Shown here: positions 55,328 through 63,156 of the stretch, piece by piece
How positions within the stretch are numbered: position 1 is the first letter of the stretch
How the letters are laid out: the number at the start of each line of letters is the position of its first letter
Virus record (IMG/VR): IMGVR_UViG_3300049982_000332
Location: 916 to 64,915 of that record
DNA: 64,000 nt
Reading direction: 5' to 3' (one strand)
Source of the DNA: a virus
Taxonomy: Duplodnaviria > Caudoviricetes
The notes under the pieces: generated by a model
Told to the model about the DNA's origin: nothing
What the model saw: only the letters and a program-made list of their open reading frames with translations
The model's database searches: none
Made by a program: the position numbers and the translations under genes

Positions 55328-57274
55328 TCACGGGGCGATGAGCTGGTAGAGGTCGCCGCGCTGCTGCACGACGTCGGCGCGGATCAGCGTGCGGAGCGCG
55401 GCGGGGACTTCGGCGAGCTGGACGTCGCCGATGGCACGCTGGACGGCCACGCAGACGGTGCCGACCTCCAGCGGTTTGCCGGCCGAGGCGAGGACCTGCT
55501 CGACGGCGGCCTGCACGTCGCCGGAGGTGTGGCGTGGCGTGCTCGGCTGGGCCGCGGTCTCGGGCGTGCGGCCGCGGGCGCTCTTGCGGCGCCACTCCTC
55601 CATGTAGCCGAGGGTCCGGTCGCCGAGCAGGCCGGCGGCCGGGGTGGAGGCGATGCCGAACGCGTCGCGGACCGGCATCATGCGCAGCGTCGCGGCGGGT
55701 CGCCGGTCGACGCCGGCGGTGTAGCCCAGGCCGTGGGTCTTGGAGCCGTCGCGGAAGTACTCGGGCAGTTTGGACGGGTCGGCGGGCAGGCCGACCATCT
55801 GGTGGTCGGTGCTGGACCCGGTGCGCAGCGCGGTGAGGCTGCCGCCGGAGATCAGGTTGGAGCGGAACGACTGGGAGTTGGCGAAGTTGTCCAAGCCGAG
55901 GTTCTGGTTGACCACCAGCAGGCTGCCGCCCGCCTTGCGCCAGGTGCGGACGCCGGTGGACAGCAATTCGAAGCCGAGTTTGCCGTACGGCCCGTCGAGG
56001 AACAGTTTCAGCTCCTCCGCGCACACCATGAGCATGCTCATGCCGCCCATGTCGGCATCGCCGGGCAGCAGGAACGGCTTGCCGCGTCGTTCCCGGCCTT
56101 GGGTGTCGGCCCAGGGGGCGTGGGCGACGTAGTCGGCGCGGCGAACCATGACGTAGTCGAGCATCTGCAGGTAGGCGTAGGTGGCCTCGTGGCCCTCGCC
56201 GTAGATCGGGGTGCGGCCCGACCAGTCCGGCTGGGAGCTGCCCGACTGCGGGTCCAGCAGCGCCGTGGCCACCAGCGGGCAGCGGTGGGCCAGCGCCAGC
56301 AGCCCGGAGACGTGGTTCGACTTACCGGACCCGGTGTCGCCTGCGATGACGCCCATCTGCGCCCCGCTGGACGTGGTCCAGAACTGCCGGTGGGCTGGGG
56401 CCAGGTCGAAGTAACGGCCGATCTGCGCGATGCCGGTCTGCGGGTCGATGGCCGCGCCGGAGTCCTCCAGCCATGCCGTGGCTGTCAGGTTCTGGTCGGA
56501 GCGGATCACGGTGACCCGCGCCCGGGAGGCGTCGCCGTCGTCGACCTCTTCGACGGCGACTTGGGATGGGCGCACACGGTTGGCCGAGGCGATCGTCTCC
56601 ATGGCGTCGGCCGCCGACATCTTGCTGTACTTGGTGGGGCCCGGCTCGCCGACGATGATCCCGGTGTAGCCGTCGGGGACGGGCTCCACCTCGGCCAGGT
56701 GGGTCAGCTTGTACGCGGGGTTGTTGGGCACGACCCGCTCGGCCCACAGCGCCGCCTCGCGGCTGACCCTGGCCGAGGGTGCCTCGATCTCCCGCTGCGG
56801 GGCGCGGGCCGGGCGTCGCAGGACCCGCACCCAGAACGGGACCGAGGCGGCGAGCCCGACCGCCCACAACACCAGGACCACCCAGCCGTGTGGGCCGAGC
56901 AGGCTGGCCGTGGTCATCCACGCCGCCCCGGCGCCGACCGGAACCCACGGAAGGTCCCGGCCCGCGCGCTCGGCCCGGCCGAGCACCACCGCGGCTGCGG
57001 CGAGGATCAGCCCGGCGCGGATCAGCGGGTGCAGGCCCAACGCGAACAGCCACGCCGCGGCGTGAAGGGCGGCCAGCCACGCCACCGGCACCAGCAGGAC
57101 GGCTTTGCCCCGCTCGTGGTGGGCGATCTGCCGGGTCATGCGCCGGGCCGTCTCCGTGTGCCTGGCACGTCGGACTTCGGCCGCGGCTTCCGCCTTGACG
57201 CGGGCATCGCGCACCTCATCGGCCAGCACGCGGGCCGCGTACTGCTCGATGAAGTCGGTGTCGTGGCTGGACAT
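55328..57274 (-). CDS. traB: FtsK/SpoIIIE-family DNA translocase, TraB/Tra-like conjugation protein
   Basis: N-terminal TM cluster, Walker A GDTGSGKS, Walker B-like VCAEE, RKAG, C-terminal winged-helix-like domain; spd-like gene context. Confidence 0.8.
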   Translation of the reverse strand: MSSHDTDFIEQYAARVLADEVRDARVKAEAAAEVRRARHTETARRMTRQIAHHERGKAVLLVPVAWLAALHAAAWLFALGLHPLIRAGLILAAAAVVLGRAERAGRDLPWVPVGAGAAWMTTASLLGPHGWVVLVLWAVGLAASVPFWVRVLRRPARAPQREIEAPSARVSREAALWAERVVPNNPAYKLTHLAEVEPVPDGYTGIIVGEPGPTKYSKMSAADAMETIASANRVRPSQVAVEEVDDGDASRARVTVIRSDQNLTATAWLEDSGAAIDPQTGIAQIGRYFDLAPAHRQFWTTSSGAQMGVIAGDTGSGKSNHVSGLLALAHRCPLVATALLDPQSGSSQPDWSGRTPIYGEGHEATYAYLQMLDYVMVRRADYVAHAPWADTQGRERRGKPFLLPGDADMGGMSMLMVCAEELKLFLDGPYGKLGFELLSTGVRTWRKAGGSLLVVNQNLGLDNFANSQSFRSNLISGGSLTALRTGSSTDHQMVGLPADPSKLPEYFRDGSKTHGLGYTAGVDRRPAATLRMMPVRDAFGIASTPAAGLLGDRTLGYMEEWRRKSARGRTPETAAQPSTPRHTSGDVQAAVEQVLASAGKPLEVGTVCVAVQRAIGDVQLAEVPAALRTLIRADVVQQRGDLYQLIAP

Positions 57275-57286
57275 GGGTCGTCTCTC

Positions 57287-57979
57287 CTAGTTGTTGGCGA
57301 CTTCGAGCGCCCGCGCGGCGGTCCGCTGGGCCACCCCGGCCGCCTGGTTGAGCAGGTCCTGCATCACGGCGGAGTTGCCGATCAGATCGGAGTGCCCGGC
57401 GAGCACGTCCCGCATGGACGCGGCGAGGTTCTCGATGCCGGCCATTCGGGACTGCAGTTCGCCTGCCAGGTCGGAGTGGGCGGCGGCGTAGCTGGTGAGG
57501 CCTGCGGCTTCGGTTTGCACTTCGGGTTCCTCCTGATGGATTTCCGGCTCGGGTTCGGGCCGGGTGTTCTCGGGTTCCGGCCGGGGCTCAGGCTCCGGCT
57601 CGGGTCTGGGGGCGGACTCCGGTTCCGGGTCGTCGGCGATGACCTCGGCGTCGATCGGCTGGGCGTCCTGCCACTCGCGGTACCGCTGCCGTCCCGCCTG
57701 CCACGCTTCGCGGCGGATCCGGTTGGCCGCGGCGACCGTCTTGCCGGCCCCGTACGCCCCGGCCAGCGCCCACGACAACCACCGGCGCGGGTTCTTCCAC
57801 GACGGGTCACCCCGGCGCAGGCGTTCCTGGGCGAAGGTGTAGCCGTCGCGGAACTCGCGCACCGCCTGGGCTTTGCCCGCCTCCCACGCTCCGCCGGCGA
57901 ACGCGCGGGCGTCCGGACGGCGCCACAAGATGCCGCAGATGATCGCGGCGACGACCAGGGCGAACAGCAGCGCGGCCAT
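57287..57979 (-). CDS. Membrane-anchored protein with PE-rich linker and helical C-terminus (TraA/Spd-like position)
   Basis: TGATG coupling; N-terminal TM; directly upstream of traB-like gene. Confidence 0.7.
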   Translation of the reverse strand: MAALLFALVVAAIICGILWRRPDARAFAGGAWEAGKAQAVREFRDGYTFAQERLRRGDPSWKNPRRWLSWALAGAYGAGKTVAAANRIRREAWQAGRQRYREWQDAQPIDAEVIADDPEPESAPRPEPEPEPRPEPENTRPEPEPEIHQEEPEVQTEAAGLTSYAAAHSDLAGELQSRMAGIENLAASMRDVLAGHSDLIGNSAVMQDLLNQAAGVAQRTAARALEVANN

Positions 57980-58377
57980 CACCGGCTCACACGGGAGCTG
58001 ATGGTGTCGGCGTTGGTCTGGATCTGGTCGCCGATGTAGTTGAACGTCTGCGAACCGGTCAGCAGCAGCACCGCGATCAGCGAGGGGAGCGCGAACACGA
58101 ACCACGGGTAGTCGATCTTCCCGTCGCTGAGGTCGGCGACGACACCGATGCCGAACCCCGCGGTCAGAACCAGCGCGACGCCTCCGACGATGAGGACCAG
58201 GGTGAGGTTGCCGGCGAGCAGACCGGTCAGCCAGAAGGCGATGCCGACCAGGCCGAGCCCGGCGAGCACCATGAGGATCCCCTGGAGGATCGACCATTTG
58301 CGGCGCTTCTTGAGCTGCACCGCGGGATACAGGAAGACGGCAGTGACCAGCAGCCCCCCGAAGATGATTCCGATCAT
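57979..58377 (-). CDS. Four-TM membrane protein (Spd-like)
   Basis: Strongly hydrophobic; in transfer operon. Confidence 0.75.
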   Translation of the reverse strand: MIGIIFGGLLVTAVFLYPAVQLKKRRKWSILQGILMVLAGLGLVGIAFWLTGLLAGNLTLVLIVGGVALVLTAGFGIGVVADLSDGKIDYPWFVFALPSLIAVLLLTGSQTFNYIGDQIQTNADTISSRVSR

Positions 58378-58389
58378 GGCTGTGACCTT

Positions 58390-58848
58390 TCACATGAACA
58401 GGCTGATGACGAAGACGAGCAGGGCGCTCCCGGCCAGCAAGGACGGGTAGCTGATGACCAGCAGCAGCAGATGCGCGGCGGCGGTGACGGCGATGACGGG
58501 CGCCCCGTACAGGGCGTAGGGGACGCGCAGGATCAGGGCGTCGCGGATGTAGGGCTTGGGGTCGGTCCAGTACTGGCGGGCCAGGTCGGCGACCGGGCGG
58601 GGCCGCATGCCGAACGCGCCGTCTCCGATCCACGCCGCACGCCAGGTGGAGGTGAGACGCTCCTGCGCCGGCCGCAGCCGGTCGAACAGCCCCAGCCGTT
58701 CCAGAGCCTCCTCGGCCGTCTCGATGGCCGGATCCGATGCAGGGGGCGTCTCGACGGCGCCGCCCCTGAACGGCACCACGACATCGCTGGGCGCCGATTC
58801 CTCGTCGGCGGGGAGCTGTAGCTTGAACAGCCGGTCAGGCGCTGACAC
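58390..58848 (-). CDS. Membrane protein with two C-terminal TM segments (Spd-like)
   Basis: Hydrophobic C-terminus; in transfer operon. Confidence 0.7.
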   Translation of the reverse strand: MSAPDRLFKLQLPADEESAPSDVVVPFRGGAVETPPASDPAIETAEEALERLGLFDRLRPAQERLTSTWRAAWIGDGAFGMRPRPVADLARQYWTDPKPYIRDALILRVPYALYGAPVIAVTAAAHLLLLVISYPSLLAGSALLVFVISLFM

Positions 58849-59107
58849 GGGACCTGCCTCCTCTCTGCCCCATCAACTGGGCGTGGTGCTTGTCGTTGAG
58901 TTCGCCTGCGAAGTCGATGAGCTGCTGGGCGAGGGCGACCCCCTGCTCGTGCGCCCTGGCGGGGTCCCGGCGGTCCAGCGACTTGAGCTCGGCCGTCACC
59001 CACCAGGCCGCCCACCAGAACCGCAGGACGCCGTTGCGCTGGGCGCGGATGCGGTTCAGGTGGAAGGCCTTGCGGGTCTGGGGGCCGGTCTGACGCTTCT
59101 CGGACAA
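58835..59107 (-). CDS. Hypothetical protein
   Basis: GAGGAG SD before TTG. Confidence 0.65.
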   Translation of the reverse strand: MSEKRQTGPQTRKAFHLNRIRAQRNGVLRFWWAAWWVTAELKSLDRRDPARAHEQGVALAQQLIDFAGELNDKHHAQLMGQRGGRSRVSA

Positions 59108-59233
59108 CGACGCTCCTCGGTTACGGAAAGTGGTGACGGTGGCGGCTGGTTATACTCGCGCGCGCGTTACGCTCCGGTGCGCGTTACGTAACGCATCTGC
59201 GCGTTGGAGGCGCTCGGAGGCGTCCGGCGGCCA

Positions 59234-59692
59234 TCACGCACCTCCACGGACGATCAGCACGGTCGACACGAGGGAGACGGCCAGCGCGCCGAGCAGCAGA
59301 TCCACGGCGACCTGGATGACCCGGTGTTTGGTGCGGGCCAGCCTCGACAGGACGACCAGCTCGGCGATCCGGTCCCGCTCGTATTCGACGGCGGGCCGCC
59401 CGGCCAGTAGGTCGGGGGAGGTGTGGGCGTAGACGACCCACCCGGCGCCCTCGCCGCGCCGGGGGAGGGAGGGGCGGACGGCGTACAGGAGTACGGCGAC
59501 GCCGGCGACGAGCAGGATGACGGCCGCCCACAGCGTGTACTGCGCCGGGGATGGCAGGTGGGGGGTGCCGAGGGCGGCGGCTGCGGCGCCGACGCTGGCC
59601 GCGGTCCCGGCGATACCGAGCAGGGTCGCTGCTTTGGTGTCGGCGCGGCCCAGTTCGGTGCGAACCGAGGCGAGCTCGTGGGGGACGTCCAT
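59234..59692 (-). CDS. DUF5706/Pycsar-effector-like three-TM membrane protein
   Basis: ELGRADTKAATLL...TM...AVRPSL...LSRLARTKHR...TM pattern. Confidence 0.75.
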   Translation of the reverse strand: MDVPHELASVRTELGRADTKAATLLGIAGTAASVGAAAAALGTPHLPSPAQYTLWAAVILLVAGVAVLLYAVRPSLPRRGEGAGWVVYAHTSPDLLAGRPAVEYERDRIAELVVLSRLARTKHRVIQVAVDLLLGALAVSLVSTVLIVRGGA

Positions 59693-59835
59693 CAGGTGGT
59701 CCTCCTGCAGGGGATGAGGGCGAACACCCGGACACACTCGGCGCAGTTGCGGGCAGAACCGGAGCCGTGGATGGGGCAGCGGGGGGTGTTCTCGGTGGTG
59801 TGGCGGCAGCCGCAGAGGGGGCACTGGTAGCGCAT
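59692..59835 (-). CDS. Small Cys-rich zinc-finger protein (47 aa)
   Basis: TGATG coupling at both ends; CPLCGC...C.H...CAEC. Confidence 0.65.
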   Translation of the reverse strand: MRYQCPLCGCRHTTENTPRCPIHGSGSARNCAECVRVFALIPCRRTT

Positions 59836-60836
59836 CAGGAGTCGCCTCCGGCCATGAACCTCTGGACCTCGCGCGCCTTGTCGACGCCGACACCGAGGGC
59901 CGTACGGATCTTGTGGACGCCCGGATTTTGGGTCAGCGCACCGGCGGCGATCATGTCGCGGACGTGGTCGGCGAGGACCTGTACCGGGGCTGTACTGAGG
60001 GTGTACCGGTCCGGGCCGTTGTCCCTGTACGCGGGGTGTACCGGGGGTGTACCGAAGGGTGTACTGCGCCACGGCACCGGAAGGTCGGCGATGATCTTCC
60101 AGAGGGTGGGCAGAACCCACACGGCGAGCACCGCGGCGACTGGGCCGAGGGAGTGCACGATCAGGCCGAGCGGGTCGAACGGGAGGACGAACGCTGGCCA
60201 GCAGTTCAGGGTCAACGTGAGGCCGAGGAGAACCAGCTCGACGCGGAACAGGCGCCGGCCCTCGTGGCTTTTGCGGTCCACGACCTTGCCACGGATCGCC
60301 GAGTACGCCTGCACGCCGACGGCGGCGAGCAGGGGGAGCGACAGAACGGCTTCGACACCGTAGGCGGCCCACCAGCCCAGGTCGGCCTGCTCGATGTCGA
60401 GGGCTTTGACGACGCTGGCCTGCACGCCGATGGAGGAGACCGCGAGGGCGATGCCCGCGGCGGCCATCGTCATGCGGGTGGTGATGCGCCGCACCTGGGC
60501 GTCGCGGTAGGCGAGCGCCGCGGGGTGCTGGGCGAGCTCGTGCAGTCGGGCGGCTTCCCAGGTGCGGCGGCGCAGCTTGCGGACCTTGGTGGTGTCGAGG
60601 GTGAACGGCGTCTCGTCGTCCTGCAGCTCGGCCAGAAGGTGCGCCTCGGCGACCTCCTCGCGTAGGGCGCGGACGCGTTTGGTCTCGCCGTCCATCTCGG
60701 GCTGCTCACGCACCGCGGGGAGGGAGGCAGACGTTACGGCGGCGGCTTCGGCCAGGTGGCCTTCGATCGCTGCCAGGCCCTGCTCGACCTCCCCGGGGGT
60801 GGGCTCGGGCTGCGGCTCTGGGGTGTCGCACGTCAT
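59835..60836 (-). CDS. DUF2637/SpdB-like multi-TM protein with C-terminal HTH
   Basis: ATGA coupling at 60836; four TM segments; PGVHKIRTALGVG.DKAREV HTH-like end. Confidence 0.7.
   Translation of the reverse strand: MTCDTPEPQPEPTPGEVEQGLAAIEGHLAEAAAVTSASLPAVREQPEMDGETKRVRALREEVAEAHLLAELQDDETPFTLDTTKVRKLRRRTWEAARLHELAQHPAALAYRDAQVRRITTRMTMAAAGIALAVSSIGVQASVVKALDIEQADLGWWAAYGVEAVLSLPLLAAVGVQAYSAIRGKVVDRKSHEGRRLFRVELVLLGLTLTLNCWPAFVLPFDPLGLIVHSLGPVAAVLAVWVLPTLWKIIADLPVPWRSTPFGTPPVHPAYRDNGPDRYTLSTAPVQVLADHVRDMIAAGALTQNPGVHKIRTALGVGVDKAREVQRFMAGGDS
59980..60064 (-). repeat. 11-bp-phased GTACACCC/GTACA array, candidate clt (TraB recognition sequences)
   Basis: Seven TGTAC cores at 59980, 59991, 60002, 60026, 60037, 60048 and 60060; four are perfect GGGTGTAC. 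Confidence 0.7.
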
Positions 60837-61036
60837 GCGATCTGCTCCGCTTCGATCTCGCGGCATGCCCGCAACAGGGGAAGGTGGTCGGCGAGGAAGT
60901 CCAGCACGGCGCGCTCCTGCTCCTCGGTCAGGTTGTCGAGAAACTCGCAGAACTGGGCGCGAGGGTTGTCGCTGGAGAGGACCAGGGACACGACCCTTCG
61001 ACCGTCCGCCTGGTCTTCTGGCTGCGGGGCGAACAT
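60833..61036 (-). CDS. Small acidic protein
   Basis: TGATG coupling. Confidence 0.6.
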   Translation of the reverse strand: MFAPQPEDQADGRRVVSLVLSSDNPRAQFCEFLDNLTEEQERAVLDFLADHLPLLRACREIEAEQIA

Positions 61037-61269
61037 CAGGACCTCGCCCGGTCAGGCAGGTCGATGGGCGCATCGGCGCGGGTTGTGAGGACAACAAGGA
61101 CATCAAGGAAGCGTTCAAAGGCCGCGATCTTCCGGGCCTGAACCGCGCGGTTTCGCTTCGAGCGGTCGCGCTTGCACGCCTTGCACTCCGAACAGCCCGT
61201 GTAGAAGGCGCTCTGCTCCCAGGGGCGCGAGCACGTGCGGCACGGGTCCTTCACTGGCGAACTCGACAT
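61036..61269 (-). CDS. Zinc-finger protein, first gene of leftward operon
   Basis: AGGAG SD before ATG 61269; CRTC...CSECKAC. Confidence 0.65.
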   Translation of the reverse strand: MSSSPVKDPCRTCSRPWEQSAFYTGCSECKACKRDRSKRNRAVQARKIAAFERFLDVLVVLTTRADAPIDLPDRARS

Positions 61270-61294
61270 CCCATCTCCTGACCATGAACGTTCC

Positions 61295-61336
61295 TTCATC
61301 TATGCGCATCTTCACGCATCAAGACGCATCCGTCAA
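61295..61336 (-). promoter_or_regulatory. Transfer-operon promoter with phased operator repeats
   Basis: TTGACG-17-GAAGAT on minus strand; CGCATC at 61305, 61315 and 61325 (10-bp period). Confidence 0.7.
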
Positions 61337-61482
61337 TGGTCAGTCAGGGGACAGGAGGGCGGTGCGCTTGCATAGACGCTGGTCAAGCGGAGATCGGGAA
61401 CGTTCTTGACCGCAATGCCGGATCGGGAGATCCTTGCAAGTGCACGCCTACGTGCGAATACTTACGCCTAAGGAGTACGCCC

Positions 61483-61707
61483 ATGGAGCGGTTCCGGAAG
61501 CTAGCTGGATCCCCCGGCAGCGACGGCCTCAACACCTGCCCGACCATCATCGAGGTGGTCGACAGCGAGGACCTCATCATCGTTCAAGGTCAACAGCTCG
61601 ACGCGGAGACGCGACGCAAGCTGAACATCCCGGACGGTGAAGACGCCGTCGTCGTACCGAAGGATCTCTACCTCCGAGGGGCGCACAGGCTGACGGAGGA
61701 TGAATGA
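61483..61707 (+). CDS. Small acidic partner protein of DUF6879 gene
   Basis: AAGGAG SD; CPTI...IIVQG...IPDGEDAVVVP. Confidence 0.75.
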   Translation: MERFRKLAGSPGSDGLNTCPTIIEVVDSEDLIIVQGQQLDAETRRKLNIPDGEDAVVVPKDLYLRGAHRLTEDE

Positions 61708-62231
61708 CGCCAGGAGATCTCTACCGCACGTGCCGAGCCTCGGCCTACCGGCTTGAGGTTCGGCAGCACTACATCGTCTCTGGGGACGCGGAGCGTCAGC
61801 GCGCCTTCCGCGCCGGGGAGCCGCTGCCGCCGCCACGGCAAGACAAGCAGGACGACCTTCGCCTCGTCGCCGGGCTACGGCAGGCGGGCAAGCAGATCGG
61901 CCGGGTGCACGTCGTATCCTGGCCGCTGTCCGACTACGTCCGCTACGAGCTCGCCGTGTACTCCGAGAACGTGGCGGCCGGCGAAGATGTGGCCATCGCC
62001 GATGTGTCGGCTCACCCTGACCTGGCCAGGCTGGACACGGACTTCGCCATCTTCGACGGCGAGACCGACGAACCCAGCGTGATCCTCTTCGACTACTCGC
62101 CAGAGGGTCGGCTGCTCGGCTATGGGCTTACCCGGGATCCTGGGGTCGTCAATCGCTGCTTGCGGCAGTACCAACTCGCCCGCGAGCATGCGGTCGCCCT
62201 GCAGGAGTTCACGGCGGCGCACCAGCAATGA
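61704..62231 (+). CDS. DUF6879-like protein
   Basis: SAYRLEVRQHY...RVHVVSWPLSDYVRYEL...GEDV...DFAIFD. Confidence 0.75.
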   Translation: MTPGDLYRTCRASAYRLEVRQHYIVSGDAERQRAFRAGEPLPPPRQDKQDDLRLVAGLRQAGKQIGRVHVVSWPLSDYVRYELAVYSENVAAGEDVAIADVSAHPDLARLDTDFAIFDGETDEPSVILFDYSPEGRLLGYGLTRDPGVVNRCLRQYQLAREHAVALQEFTAAHQQ

Positions 62232-63091
62232 GCGCCTTTCAGGACCGGCAGCGCGAGGAGCTCGCCGACGCGCTCAAACGGCTGCGAATCGCGTCGGGCC
62301 TGACCGGGTACCAGCTCGCCGAGCGGCTCAGCGTCGACCAAAGCACGGTCTCGAAGATCGAACGCAACAGGCAGCGGATCTCCCTCGCTCAGGTGGAATT
62401 GTGGTGCGACGCCACCGGCGCGCCCGCGGAACGTCGCAGTGAACTCCTGGCGCTGGCCGAGAACGTGCTCATGCGGCCCTCATCGTGGAACGCTGTGTCA
62501 ACTACGGGCTCGACGAATTTCCAGAGCGAGACGCAGCAGATGGAAGCCGAAGCCGGCGCGCTCAGCTTCTACCAGCCGGCCGCCATCCCGGGCCTGCTGC
62601 AGACGGCGACGTACGCCCGCCAGATCTTCTCCTCGGGGCCAGATGGGGTCCCGGCTGACGTGGCGGAGCGAGTCCTGGGGCGCTTGGAGCGTCAGCGCAT
62701 CCTCTACGACGAGCGGAAGCGGCTGCGGTTCGTCGTGCCGGAGGCCGTTCTCCGCTGGCCTTTCGGCCCGGTCGACGAGCACGCCGAGCAACTGGACCGG
62801 CTCGGCGAGATCCTCGGCCGGCCCAACGTCGATCTCCGGTTCCTGCCCATGGAGTCGAACCCGTACTGGCGGCTCGGCGGGTTCGTCCTGTTCGAGGACT
62901 TCGACGACCGGCCGCCGCTGGTGCACCTGGAACTGCTGAGCGGGCCGATCAACGTTGATGATCCGGATCAGGTCGGCATGTATCAACGGGTGTTCGGCAA
63001 GCTATTCGACGGGGCGGCGTCGGGTGACGCGGCCAAGGCGCTGCTGGCCCGCGTCATCGAGGACATGCGGCGAGGTAAACCCGAACTGTAG
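62228..63091 (+). CDS. XRE HTH plus DUF5753 transcriptional regulator (Scr1/WhiJ-like)
   Basis: LKRLRIASGLTGYQLA...STVSKIE; IPGLLQTATYARQIF...RLERQRIL. Confidence 0.9.
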   Translation: MSAFQDRQREELADALKRLRIASGLTGYQLAERLSVDQSTVSKIERNRQRISLAQVELWCDATGAPAERRSELLALAENVLMRPSSWNAVSTTGSTNFQSETQQMEAEAGALSFYQPAAIPGLLQTATYARQIFSSGPDGVPADVAERVLGRLERQRILYDERKRLRFVVPEAVLRWPFGPVDEHAEQLDRLGEILGRPNVDLRFLPMESNPYWRLGGFVLFEDFDDRPPLVHLELLSGPINVDDPDQVGMYQRVFGKLFDGAASGDAAKALLARVIEDMRRGKPEL

Positions 63092-63111
63092 AAGCCGCGT
63101 CTCACTTACCG

Positions 63112-63147
63112 GCGCCCCGTACCCCACCTTCCTGGGGTGCGGGGCGC
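63112..63147. terminator. Bidirectional hairpin between convergent genes
   Basis: GCGCCCCGTACCCCA-ccttcc-TGGGGTGCGGGGCGC. Confidence 0.75.
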
Positions 63148-63156
63148 TCGCACGTC

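Noticed and set aside
57540-57640. GAACCCGAG/GACCCGAG-like repeats resembling the pSVH1 TRS
   Set aside because: In frame and explained by the PEPE linker of the protein; no 11-bp phasing, unlike 59980-60064
55328-57979. Type VII secretion (EccC/WXG100) toxin cassette
   Set aside because: Single ATPase domain with a wHTH end, no WXG motif and no toxin-immunity pair; context fits TraB/Spd better
55529-58039. 836-aa ORF antisense to the traB-like gene, and similar long antisense ORFs (16763-18433, 42607-44418, 46664-48229, 32396-34027)
   Set aside because: Antisense shadows of GC-biased genes; no motifs or SD, and they conflict with well-supported genes
59234-59692. Complete Pycsar or CBASS defence system
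   Set aside because: No cyclase or nucleotidyltransferase gene is recognisable in the window; only an effector-like membrane protein
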